From Thermoplasmatota archaeon (lineage in GTDB: Archaea; Thermoplasmatota; E2; JACPAO01; JAHFTW01), in the NCBI GenBank assembly GCA_041601615.1, contig JBFIHX010000003.1, forward strand, positions 282,007-346,006: DNA of 64,000 nucleotides, given 5' to 3'. Each line of letters opens with the position of its first letter. Within the stretch, counting starts at the first letter, position 1. Position numbers and translations under genes: made by a program. The notes below the pieces were generated by a model. That model ran no database searches, was not told the origin of the DNA, and saw only the letters and a program-made list of their open reading frames with translations. This document shows positions 10,658 through 19,274 of the stretch, piece after piece.

Positions 10658-11624
10658 ACTCGACATCCTGCCCGCTTGGGCCATCCACTACCTCAACGAG
10701 AACATCCTCGACCACGCTCGCGTGCTCAATGCACTGCCCATCGAGGACGGACGCAACTCGTACCTCCTGAACACCAGCCGAGGCGCCTTGATCTTGTCCA
10801 AGAAGCGATTCGGGGAGCCGCATCACTGGCTCCTTCCGTTGCCGGGCACCCGCGTGGACTTCGACTGCGATGTGTGCTCCGAGCGGATGGGATTCATCAA
10901 CCCCGAAGTGCCCCGCATGGTTCACTGTCCACATTGCGCCGCCGAGTACACCCTCGTCGAAGAAGCCGGAGAGCTCCTACTGATGCCCAGTGAAACCATC
11001 GTGGACCTCGAATCCGAGCCAACAGGGTCGCCCGAGCCGGACCCGTTGCCGCCAGCACCCCCGGAACCGCGCCCGGAGCCCGAGCCGGAACCAGAGCCTG
11101 AACCCTACACCGAACCTGAACCCGGCCCCCTCCCTCCGGCATCACTCGAGGCCGCCCCCGCCACCGCCGCCGCAAGTAGCGCAGTTCGATCCGGCGACTA
11201 CCGCGACTACTTGGGCGACGTCCATCCAGTCATGGAAGTGGAGGGCATTGGACCCGTGTATGCTGCCAATCTCAAACGCATCGGCGTCCTGACCACAGCC
11301 CGCCTCTGCTACGAGGATGCCGAAAGCCTCGCCGAACGCATCGGAGCCCGGCAAAAAACGGTCGAATCCTGGCAGGACATGGCCCAACTCATGAAAATCA
11401 AAGGCGTCGGACCACAGTACGCCGAAGTGCTCGTGCGCAGCGGCATTCGAATGGACGAGCTGCGCCGCCGCAGCCCCACTCGCATCGCCGACGAAGTCAA
11501 CGCGTACCACGACAGCCTAGACACCAATGTGCTGGGAAACCGCGTCACCCCGAAACGCGTGGCGCGCTGGCAAGAGACCGCCAAGTCCATGCAGCGCGTC
11601 AAGCAACCCGTTCCCCTCGAATAA
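10650..11624 (+). CDS. Zn-ribbon + Pro-rich linker + DUF4332-like helix-hairpin-helix protein
   Basis: CDVC..CPHC, PEPEP linker, VEGIGPVYA and IKGVGPQYAEVL HhH motifs. Confidence 0.8.
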   Translation: MAELDILPAWAIHYLNENILDHARVLNALPIEDGRNSYLLNTSRGALILSKKRFGEPHHWLLPLPGTRVDFDCDVCSERMGFINPEVPRMVHCPHCAAEYTLVEEAGELLLMPSETIVDLESEPTGSPEPDPLPPAPPEPRPEPEPEPEPEPYTEPEPGPLPPASLEAAPATAAASSAVRSGDYRDYLGDVHPVMEVEGIGPVYAANLKRIGVLTTARLCYEDAESLAERIGARQKTVESWQDMAQLMKIKGVGPQYAEVLVRSGIRMDELRRRSPTRIADEVNAYHDSLDTNVLGNRVTPKRVARWQETAKSMQRVKQPVPLE

Positions 11625-11693
11625 GCGACGCCGTCGCCAGAAAAGCAAGGCATCGGTTTCAAACCCTCCTCCGGTCTCGGCCGCCTCGTCGCC

Positions 11694-12149
11694 ATGTACG
11701 CCTGCCCCCACTGCGACTCCACGAAGATGTTCATGGCCTACAAGGATGGCCACCTTCTGCGCGTCCTCGAAGACCACGAAGACGTGGACGGACTTTCCGA
11801 AGTCAGCGAACTCTTGTGCGTCGACTGCAACGAATGGTTCCAGAACCCCTACCAAGACTCTCATGGTCGAACCCTGACGGGCGAACTCGTCACCATCACC
11901 GGCCTCAAGAGCAAAGGCACCATCAAAGTGGTCGCAAGCGGCCTCCAGTTCCCGTTCCACTACGACACGTACGAATCCGAAGCCGCCGAGGCACTGCGCG
12001 GCCAACCCGCCGAATTCATCTCGGACCTGCGCGAATTCAGTGAACACCGCGACCACACCCTTGGCCTGCGCGTCAAAGAAGTAGGCAACCCCAACACCTG
12101 GGTCTACCGCCTCGACCGCCGCCGCCTCTGGAAAGCATTGCGCACCTAG
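11694..12149 (+). CDS. Hypothetical Zn-ribbon protein
   Basis: CPHC...CVDC; host-like codon usage. Confidence 0.7.
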   Translation: MYACPHCDSTKMFMAYKDGHLLRVLEDHEDVDGLSEVSELLCVDCNEWFQNPYQDSHGRTLTGELVTITGLKSKGTIKVVASGLQFPFHYDTYESEAAEALRGQPAEFISDLREFSEHRDHTLGLRVKEVGNPNTWVYRLDRRRLWKALRT

Positions 12150-12206
12150 TCCCCCCGCTCCGACTCGGTTCGCGCAGTTCAAGACCCGGGGCCAAATCGA
12201 TTGACA

Positions 12207-12404
12207 ATGGACATCACTCCGCTCGTCTCCGCTGGAGACTTCGCCGCCCCGACGCCGATCATCATCGCCATCGTCCTGATTGTCCTGGGCCTGCTGATCA
12301 TCCGGTTCGTCCTGAAAACCGTCTTTACCCTGGCAAAAATCGGCATCCTGGTGGCGATTGGCGTCGCCGCCTACCTTGGAATCTCGGTGCTGCTCGGCTC
12401 GTAA
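12207..12404 (+). CDS. Small 2-TM membrane protein
   Basis: Two hydrophobic helices. Confidence 0.7.
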   Translation: MDITPLVSAGDFAAPTPIIIAIVLIVLGLLIIRFVLKTVFTLAKIGILVAIGVAAYLGISVLLGS

Positions 12405-12949
12405 TCGCCAAGCACCGCAGCATCCGTTGAATCGCCGAGGTCCAACTCTCTAGGATCAAAAACCGTAACGTCCGGCGCCGGCCAGCCTGCCTCGCGCACC
12501 GCATCCAAAGCCGGCCCCACCGCGTCCCACGCTTCGTCCTCCTCCAGCGACAATATGGCAATGCGCAGCGGGGTTCTTGGGTCGCCCGCCGTGTCGCCAT
12601 CGGCTCGGTACGCGTGGATGGATTCGAAAGGCCCATGGAATCCGGAGCGGAATGCATCCAAGGTCCTAGCCCGCACGTCCGGCACCTCCAACCCGCGCAA
12701 GAGGTCCGCCACCGGCCCCGCCCGCCACCGAATGACCGCGTCGCGTCCAGGCCGCAGCTTATCGAGCGCTTCCAAGGCCTCCAAATCGTCCACCACCCGC
12801 CCAGCTGTTGCCGTCGGAACCCCTGCCGCCCGGGCGAGCCCCCGCAGCGTCCAAGGCCCGAATCCGGCTCGAAGCTCATCCAGTACCGCCCCCGCGCTGC
12901 GACGGCCAAGCACAGTAAGCAATGGGTTGTCGGCAAGCACCACAACCAT
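12371..12949 (-). CDS. wHTH protein with degenerate nucleotidyltransferase-like C-terminal domain
   Basis: TLRGLARAAGVPTATAGRVVDDL HTH; C-terminal half has MNT-like spacing but no GS/DxD motif. Confidence 0.6.
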   Translation of the reverse strand: MVVVLADNPLLTVLGRRSAGAVLDELRAGFGPWTLRGLARAAGVPTATAGRVVDDLEALEALDKLRPGRDAVIRWRAGPVADLLRGLEVPDVRARTLDAFRSGFHGPFESIHAYRADGDTAGDPRTPLRIAILSLEEDEAWDAVGPALDAVREAGWPAPDVTVFDPRELDLGDSTDAAVLGDYEPSSTEIPR

Positions 12950-12968
12950 TGTATCAAAATTGGTACAA
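12949..12968. promoter_or_regulatory. Inverted-repeat operator overlapping the start of the wHTH gene
   Basis: TTGTATCAA-AA-TTGGTACAA, an AT-rich near-perfect palindrome in GC-rich DNA. Confidence 0.6.
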
Positions 12969-13051
12969 TAGCTCTTTCTCCCGTACACGCGCCCACCGGA
13001 CCCAAACAGACAGGCAAAGCGGTCAAATAGGGGCGCTATGTGGGCCGCAAC

Positions 13052-13804
13052 ATGGCTCTAGCCCGTGCCCGCCAAGCTGCCCGCCGCGTCAAGGACCGAT
13101 GGAAGTCCAAGCAATGGTACACCATCTCGGCCCCCGCCGCGTTCAACAACCACCTGCTTGGCGAGACCTTCGCCGACGAACCCCAAAAGCTCATCGGCCG
13201 CACCAGCGAAGTCACACTCCAAGACCTCACGGGCGACATGCGCCAAATGCACGTCAAGCTGACCTTCAAAGTCAACGAAGTCAACGACATGCAGGCCAAG
13301 ACTGTCTTCACTGGCCACAACATGACCAGTGACTACGTGCGCCGCCTCACCCGCCGCGGGCACACCAAGATCCCCGCCGTCTTCGACGTCAAGACCAAGG
13401 ACGGCAGCCGCCTCCGTGTCAAGCCGTTCGCCATCACCGACCGCCGCGCCCAAACCGGCGCCGCCCAGGACATCCGCCGCATCATGGTGGAACACATCGA
13501 GAAGGCCGCCAAGGAGAACACCCTCAGCGGATTCCTGAAGCTCGTCCTGATGGGCGAACTCAGCAACACGATCTACAAGGACGCCCGCAAGATTCACCCC
13601 CTGCGCCGCGTCGAGATCGCCAAGACGGAAGTCCTCAGCGCCCCCTCGATCGAAGTCGACGAAACCCCCATCATCGTCGTCGAAGAAGAGGTCGAAGAGA
13701 CGGAAGAGAGCGAGGAAGACCTCGACGCCGGCCTCATCGAGAGCGACTCCGAAGACGAGGAATCCGAAGCTGAATCGGCCGACGACGACTCCGAAGAAGA
13801 GTAA
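13052..13804 (+). CDS. rps3ae: 30S ribosomal protein S3Ae (eS1) with acidic C-terminal tail
   Basis: KDRWKSKQWY, LIGRTSEVTLQDLTGD, DYVRRL, IHPLRRVEIAK. Confidence 0.95.
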   Translation: MALARARQAARRVKDRWKSKQWYTISAPAAFNNHLLGETFADEPQKLIGRTSEVTLQDLTGDMRQMHVKLTFKVNEVNDMQAKTVFTGHNMTSDYVRRLTRRGHTKIPAVFDVKTKDGSRLRVKPFAITDRRAQTGAAQDIRRIMVEHIEKAAKENTLSGFLKLVLMGELSNTIYKDARKIHPLRRVEIAKTEVLSAPSIEVDETPIIVVEEEVEETEESEEDLDAGLIESDSEDEESEAESADDDSEEE

Positions 13805-13814
13805 GCCCACGAGG

Positions 13815-13844
13815 CTCCCCTTTCCCCCTTCCCCTCCCCCTTCT
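13815..13844 (+). terminator. Polypyrimidine tract, putative terminator
   Basis: ctcccctttcccccttcccctcccccttct immediately after the rps3ae stop. Confidence 0.45.
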
Positions 13845-13848
13845 GTGG

Positions 13849-13920
13849 GGGCCTATAGGGTAGTGGATATCCTTTCGGCCTTCGAAGCCGAAAACCCCGG
13901 TTCGAATCCGGGTAGGCCCG
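13849..13920 (+). tRNA. tRNA-Arg(TCG)
   Basis: Acceptor GGGCCTA/TAGGCCC, anticodon loop CT-TCG-AA, T-arm GGTTCGAATCC; no encoded CCA. Confidence 0.95.
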
Positions 13921-14030
13921 TTTTGCAGCACCCCGCAAGGGGATGCTTTACTGAAACAAGTCTCGTGGGGGCTAGGTGCCCCCGTTTGCGCGCCCCAAAG
14001 GAGCTGAGCCTAACGCCGGGCGCAGTGGGT

Positions 14031-14351
14031 TGCGAGGAGCAGGATGGTTTGCGGAGGCCGAGCGCAGCGAGGTTTCCGTAAACCGAGGGCGCGTAGCGCC
14101 CGGAGACTGCGGCTCGCATTGAGCGCAGCGAAATGCGAGGAGCAGGATGGGAGTGGGGAGCCCGGAGGGCGACCCCGACCTCCTGCGTCTCGCATTCGAG
14201 CGAGCGCAGCGAGAGAGAATGCGAGGAGCAGGATTCGACGATAAGCGAATGCGAGCATTCGCTCATCGATCTCGCTCTCTTCGTTCGCGAGCAAATCCTG
14301 CTCGCGCAAAATGCCCGGTCGGGGACCGGGCATGAATGCGAGGAGCAGGAT
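14031..14351. repeat. Array of four direct copies of the tRNA-Leu 3' end (TGCGAGGAGCAGGAT) separated by unique structured spacers
   Basis: Copies start at 14031, 14134, 14220 and 14337 (the tRNA itself); periods 103, 86 and 117 bp. Confidence 0.9.
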
Positions 14352-14418
14352 TCGAACCTGCGAACCACTAAGGACCAGCCCCTCAAGCTGGCGTCGTTGG
14401 CCGCTTGACTATCCTCGC
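14337..14418 (-). tRNA. tRNA-Leu(GAG)
   Basis: GCGAGGA acceptor, CCAGC-TTGAGGG-GCTGG anticodon arm, variable arm, GGTTCGAATCC. Confidence 0.95.
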
Positions 14419-14465
14419 GATGTGTTGGCGGATGCTGTTGTTCGTCCCGCTTGGAGACGAACAAG

Positions 14466-14549
14466 CGCGACGAGGGAGATTTGAACTCCCGTGGGAAGAA
14501 TCCCAGAGGCTTAGCAGGCCCCCGCAATACCGAGCTATGCGATCGTCGC
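14466..14549 (-). tRNA. tRNA-Ser(GCT)
   Basis: GCGACGA/TCGTCGC acceptor, GGGGC-CTGCTAA-GCCTC anticodon arm, long variable arm, GTTCAAATC. Confidence 0.93.
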
Positions 14550-14681
14550 TTGCGGATGTCGGCTCGGAGCCCCGTGCCGAAGGCGGGCGACTTGGGTAGG
14601 GGTTATCACCATTTCGTCTGGCGCTGGCTGGAGCTTGGGCGTGGTGGAGGCGGTTTGGGCGTAGGTCTGGGGTCGTTTTGG

Positions 14682-15362
14682 GTGCCGATTGCTTATGTGG
14701 TTCGTCGGCTCGGGCGGGTCGTGCGGTTCGTGGATGGTCGGCTGCTGATGTGGTTGCTCGTGGCGGTGTTTGCTTCGGGTGTGCCCTTGGCGGTTTGGTT
14801 TGATGCGGATGCGACGCGGGCGGTGTCGTTGGTGGAGCGATGGCTGCGGGGGGCGCACGCGGTTTCCACGGCGTTGCTGGTGTTGGGGACTGTGTTGCAC
14901 TTGGTCATGCGGCTTCGGGGGCGCGTGGAGCCGCGGGTGGTCCGGTGGGGCGGTTTGTCGCTGGCGTTTGTGGGCCTTGCTGCGGCGACGGGCGCGCTCG
15001 TGGACCAGACGGGGCACGGGGCGCGAGCGTGGGCACGCCTTGGATTGGATGTGGGTGCGGTTTCGGCGGTTGCTGTGGTGCATGTGGCGTTTGCTTCGGT
15101 GCTGGTGGCGTTGGGCGTGTATGTTCATGTGGCGCGCAAGTCTCGGGTGCGGATTTTTGGCGGTTGGCAAAGTGCTGCGATTTCGTTGGTCCTGGTGGTC
15201 CTCGGCGTCGCGTTGTTGCCGGGCGTGGCTCCGGGTGCCGGTTCTGGGCACATTGCGACGGTTGCCGTGGCGCCGGGCGGCTTTGCGTGGCCGGTGTTGG
15301 TGGGCCTCGTGGTAGCTGTGGGTGCGCGCTGGTTGTCTTCTTGGCGTGGCGGCCTAGCGTAG
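14682..15362 (+). CDS. Divergent cytochrome b N-terminal-like membrane protein (start uncertain)
   Basis: LRGAH..(13)..LH and VVH..(14)..VH His pairs on TM helices. Confidence 0.55.
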   Translation: MPIAYVVRRLGRVVRFVDGRLLMWLLVAVFASGVPLAVWFDADATRAVSLVERWLRGAHAVSTALLVLGTVLHLVMRLRGRVEPRVVRWGGLSLAFVGLAAATGALVDQTGHGARAWARLGLDVGAVSAVAVVHVAFASVLVALGVYVHVARKSRVRIFGGWQSAAISLVLVVLGVALLPGVAPGAGSGHIATVAVAPGGFAWPVLVGLVVAVGARWLSSWRGGLA

Positions 15363-16313
15363 AAAGTGGACGCCTGATTCGTCCACAGTGGCGCGAAGCT
15401 CGCTTGCTTCCCTGGCGAAGTCGCTGGAAAAGGGCGCACTGCGCGCCTCGAAGCGCTGCACCACGTCGAGGAGGGTGATGTTCCAGCCGCCGTCTTGGTG
15501 CGCCGAGGCTTCGATTTGCCAGACGAGGGGGCCGATGCTGGCCATGAGGAATCCGTCGTAGGCGGAGGTCTGCCGAATGGCCGCTACGGCGCCTGTGGAG
15601 CCTGCTGGGAGGTGCCAGGGGTACCATGCGGAGTCGAGAACGGTGTCGCCGCGCATCAAGTCCACGCGTGTGCCCTCGGCTTGTTCGTCCACGACGATCC
15701 ATTCCAATGGGTGTCGCGTGGCGTAGGTGTCGCCGTCGGGGGCCGAGAGAACGCGCACGCCTCCAAGCACCAGTAGGACGAGTACGATTACGGCTCCGGC
15801 TTGCAGCACGCGGGCGTCGCTCCAGTGTCGGCGCCAGCGCAACCACAATACGCCTGCGGCCGGCGGGGCAAGCCACCAAACAATCCAGTAGTACCATTCG
15901 AGACTCCATGGTGTCGGAGAAAGGGGCCAGAAGAGGGGGATGCCGTGGTGCGTGATGCCGTCGAGCAAGAGGTGGCTCCAAGCGCCGAGCAAGAGGGGGC
16001 GCCACGCTCCAGGCCACCAGCGAGCCGCCGAGAGGCTGTTCCAGCGACGCGACAGCCGCCCAAGGAGCCGCACGAACAGCCACGCCGCCACAGGAGCCCC
16101 GAGAAGGCTGTGGCTTGCGCCTCGATGTTGCAACCAGTACAGGGAATCAAAGTACGACAAAGGCGCCACGAATGCGTCTAGGTCCGGCGCGAAGGCCGAG
16201 GCGGCCGCCACGAGGCCGTAGGAGGTCGCGGATGCGTGGCTTGGGCGCCCTAAGGCGGCGAATAAGATGATGCCCGCAGCGTAGCCCAAAAGGACGTGGG
16301 TGAAGACATCCAC
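15354..16313 (-). CDS. Membrane metal-dependent hydrolase (YdjM-like)
   Basis: MDVFTH, APDLD, HRGASHS, SHLLLD, GIPLFWP. Confidence 0.9.
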   Translation of the reverse strand: MDVFTHVLLGYAAGIILFAALGRPSHASATSYGLVAAASAFAPDLDAFVAPLSYFDSLYWLQHRGASHSLLGAPVAAWLFVRLLGRLSRRWNSLSAARWWPGAWRPLLLGAWSHLLLDGITHHGIPLFWPLSPTPWSLEWYYWIVWWLAPPAAGVLWLRWRRHWSDARVLQAGAVIVLVLLVLGGVRVLSAPDGDTYATRHPLEWIVVDEQAEGTRVDLMRGDTVLDSAWYPWHLPAGSTGAVAAIRQTSAYDGFLMASIGPLVWQIEASAHQDGGWNITLLDVVQRFEARSAPFSSDFAREASELRATVDESGVHFLR

Positions 16314-16367
16314 GGACACCGCCAGCGAGCAAGCCGGTTGAGGGTTTGCCGAAGGGGCGGTGCAGAC

Positions 16368-16400
16368 CTACTTCGTAAGCACCGTCTTCACGGCGTCCAG
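16368..16400 (-). repeat. Displaced, recoded copy of the transketolase C-subunit 3' end (LDAVKTVLTK*)
   Basis: 23/33 nt and 8/10 aa identical to 16460-16492 (LDAVRAVLTK*). Confidence 0.8.
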
Positions 16401-16459
16401 CCGCGTGCTGCACTTCGCTTCGCTCGTACCGCTGCGGGCTCGATGGCTCCGTTTGGCCC

Positions 16460-17431
16460 TTACTTCGTAAGGACCGCTCGGACCGCATCGAGCATTTTCG
16501 GTTGATCGACCTCGAAGTGCTGGTACAGTTCCTCGGGGGTGCCGCTGGTGGTGAAGCTGCGCACACCGATGCGGTGCAGCACACCGCCGGTGGCGTGCTC
16601 GGCCATCACTTCGGCAACTGCACTTCCGAGACCGTTGTGGATGAAGTGGTCCTCGGCGGTGACGATGCGACCGGTCTCGTGGGCACACTTGGAAACGAGC
16701 GCCTCGTCGATGGGCTTGATGCTGGCCATGTTGACGACACGGACACTGATGCCCTCGGCTTTGGCTTGCTTGGCCACTTGCAGGCTCTCGTTGACGTGCG
16801 GGCCACTGGCGATGAGGGTGACGTCCTCGCCGTCTTGGACAATCTGGCCCTTGCCCCATTTGAATTCGTAGTCGTCGTCGTGGAACATCGGCACGCCTGC
16901 GCGAGTGCTGCGCATGTAGCAGGGGCCCTTGCGTTCGTACATGGCGTGGACGGCGGAGCGCGCCTCGTTGGCGTCTGCCGGGGACACGACATACATGTTG
17001 GGCAAGGTGCGCATGATTCCGATGTCTTCGAGGCCGTGGGCGCTGCTGCCGTCTTGGCCGGTCATCAGACCACCGTGGCTGCCGCAGAACTTGACGTTGA
17101 GGCCCTGGCGCCCGACGCAGTTGCGGATCTGCTCCCAGCCGCGTTCGAGGAAGACTGCGAAGGTGCTGACGAAGGGCGTCTTGCCCATGTGCGCAAGGCC
17201 GCCGGCGGTGGTGACCATGTCCTGTTCGCTGATGCCCATTTGCACGAAGCGCTCGGGCCATTGGGCTTCGAACCAGTTGCTGCGCGTGCTTCCGGCAAGG
17301 TCCGCGTCGAGGGCGACCACTTCAGGGTGCAAGGCGCCGACTTCCAGGAGGCCGCGTCCGTAGCCGTCGCGGATGGCAACCTTGTCACCTAGTTTCCAGT
17401 TGAATGTCTTCGCGGTGGTGGCGGCTCCCAT
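16460..17431 (-). CDS. Transketolase C-terminal subunit
   Basis: LDADLAGST, GISEQDM, GQDGSSAH, TAEDH..GLG; ATG at 17431 overlaps the upstream stop. Confidence 0.93.
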   Translation of the reverse strand: MGAATTAKTFNWKLGDKVAIRDGYGRGLLEVGALHPEVVALDADLAGSTRSNWFEAQWPERFVQMGISEQDMVTTAGGLAHMGKTPFVSTFAVFLERGWEQIRNCVGRQGLNVKFCGSHGGLMTGQDGSSAHGLEDIGIMRTLPNMYVVSPADANEARSAVHAMYERKGPCYMRSTRAGVPMFHDDDYEFKWGKGQIVQDGEDVTLIASGPHVNESLQVAKQAKAEGISVRVVNMASIKPIDEALVSKCAHETGRIVTAEDHFIHNGLGSAVAEVMAEHATGGVLHRIGVRSFTTSGTPEELYQHFEVDQPKMLDAVRAVLTK

Positions 17432-18333
17432 CAGTCGTCCTCCAGGTTCTTGGGTCCCCATGTTTCGCCGAGTTGGCGCATCGCTTCGACCATTTCGTCG
17501 GTGGTGAGGGAGCGGCCGTGGAAGTCGGCCTGGCCTTCCATGAAGTCTACGCCGTGGCCCTTGTCCGTGTCGAAGACGATGCAAGTGGGTTTGCCCTTCG
17601 TGGCGGCGGCTTCCTTGAAGGCGGCGTCGCAGGCGGCAAGATCGTGGCCGTCGCATTCGATGACATGGAACCCAAAGGCGCGGAACTTGGCACCGACGGG
17701 ATCAACGTTCTTGACTTGGGCGCAGGGGCCATCGATTTGGACCTTGTTCCAGTCCACGAGGACGCAGACGGAATCGAGTTTGTAGTGCGCAGCAGTGAGG
17801 GCAGATTCCCAGATGTTGCCCTCTTGCAGTTCGCCGTCGCCAAGCGTCACGTAGACGCGGCCCTTGTTGCCGTCCATGCGCTTGGCAAGGGCAACACCGT
17901 TGCCATATCCGAGGCCCATGCCGAGGCTGCCTGTGCTCATTTCGATGCCGGGAATCTTGCGGTCTACGTGGCCTTGAAGAAGGCCCCCGAGGCGGCGCAA
18001 GCGACGGAACTCCTTCTTGTCGTAGTAGCCCATTTCGCCGAGCACCGCGTAGATGCCGGGGGCGCAGTGGCCCTTCGAAAGGATGAACACGTCTCGATCT
18101 GGGTCCTTGGCCGCGGCTTGCGCCGGGCTCATGTGCAAGTGGTTGTAGTACAGCACGGACAGGAAGTCGATCATCGAGAACGACCCGCCCGGGTGACCCG
18201 AGCCAGCGTCGAAGATCATGTTCAAGATCGCCACGCGCGACTTGCGCGTCCGCTCTGCCAGTTCTTCTAGAGAGAGCGGCCCCTGTACCGCCGTGGATGC
18301 AGCCACGGAGGCGGCGAGACGGCGTTGTGTCAA
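17431..18333 (-). CDS. Transketolase N-terminal (TPP-binding) subunit; true start probably ~18285
   Basis: SGHPGGS, ILSKGH, TGSLGMG, GDGELQEG. Confidence 0.93.
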   Translation of the reverse strand: MTQRRLAASVAASTAVQGPLSLEELAERTRKSRVAILNMIFDAGSGHPGGSFSMIDFLSVLYYNHLHMSPAQAAAKDPDRDVFILSKGHCAPGIYAVLGEMGYYDKKEFRRLRRLGGLLQGHVDRKIPGIEMSTGSLGMGLGYGNGVALAKRMDGNKGRVYVTLGDGELQEGNIWESALTAAHYKLDSVCVLVDWNKVQIDGPCAQVKNVDPVGAKFRAFGFHVIECDGHDLAACDAAFKEAAATKGKPTCIVFDTDKGHGVDFMEGQADFHGRSLTTDEMVEAMRQLGETWGPKNLEDD

Positions 18334-18423
18334 AAGGGTTCGGGGATATCGTTGCAGCTACTCTGGCGCCCGGGCATGCCCACCAACAGAAACCCTATGT
18401 GCCTCTAGTCCACCCCCGCTTCT

Positions 18424-19212
18424 ATGCGCACCCTCTGGATTGCCCTCGTCGTACTCGCTACTGCTCTTGCAGGTTGCTCTGACGACACCAAAGCGCCCGT
18501 GGACCCTGCGACCGAATGCGATGGAATCTATGCGGATGATGTTTGCACGCCGCACGTCGAACCCCGCATCACGGTGTCGGGTCTGCCTCCGAGCATCGGC
18601 GCCTACAGTACAGTGGCTTTTGAGTGGAGCATCGACAACGGCACCCGCGGCACTGCGTCCGAGCCGGTGCACTCCATGGACAGTCGCATCTTGGTCAGCA
18701 ACGAAGCTGGCACGGTCTCCAACATGACGGGTCCGGACGAGTGGGGCATGGAGCTTGCCCGTGAGCAACACCAGAACTTGCCCGGCAGCTTCGAGGCGAG
18801 CCTCTCCTGGGAAACCATGGAAATGCTGTACCTGCGCGGTTACATGCTGATTGAGGGCGAGAACGTCTGGACGGACCTTGGCACGATCAACATCACGGCC
18901 GTAGAGCCCACGGGCAAGGTCGCAGTTGTGTCCATCGAAGGTGTTCCGCCGGGCCTGGATGAGTCCACGGTCGGCATCGTCGTGGGAGACGCTTTCATGA
19001 TTTCCAATGGCCAGCCAACGGACTACACCGCGGTCTTTGACTGCTCGAATGGCGTCTCGGTGCCGGAACTCGCAGTTCCTGCCAGCGGCGACAGCGACGT
19101 GGTGCTGTTTGATGCACCCACGAGCTGTTCCTACACGCTTCAGCCGGCTCTCCTTTCGGGCTCCTCGTCGCCCCTTGACATCGATGGCACGGTCAACGTC
19201 AACCGTCCCTAG
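18424..19212 (+). CDS. Lipoprotein, hypothetical
   Basis: Lipobox LAGC after hydrophobic leader; acidic beta-rich body. Confidence 0.8.
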   Translation: MRTLWIALVVLATALAGCSDDTKAPVDPATECDGIYADDVCTPHVEPRITVSGLPPSIGAYSTVAFEWSIDNGTRGTASEPVHSMDSRILVSNEAGTVSNMTGPDEWGMELAREQHQNLPGSFEASLSWETMEMLYLRGYMLIEGENVWTDLGTINITAVEPTGKVAVVSIEGVPPGLDESTVGIVVGDAFMISNGQPTDYTAVFDCSNGVSVPELAVPASGDSDVVLFDAPTSCSYTLQPALLSGSSSPLDIDGTVNVNRP

Positions 19213-19274
19213 GCCGGAGTGGTTTCTGGGGCCTATCCCACACCTTGAAAGGCCTGCGCGTCGGTGGCGACAGC

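Noticed and set aside
14031-14351. CRISPR array
   Set aside because: The repeat is the tRNA 3' end and only 15-19 nt; spacers are long, variable and self-structured; no cas genes in the window.
13853-14527. ORFs across the tRNA cluster with repeated CEEQD or ESCSSH peptides
   Set aside because: Translation artefacts of the tRNA-end repeats.
16368-17261. 297-aa ORF ending LDAVKTVLTK as a real gene or programmed frameshift product
   Set aside because: Out-of-frame Arg-rich shadow that only picks up the displaced 3' end; no slippery site evident.
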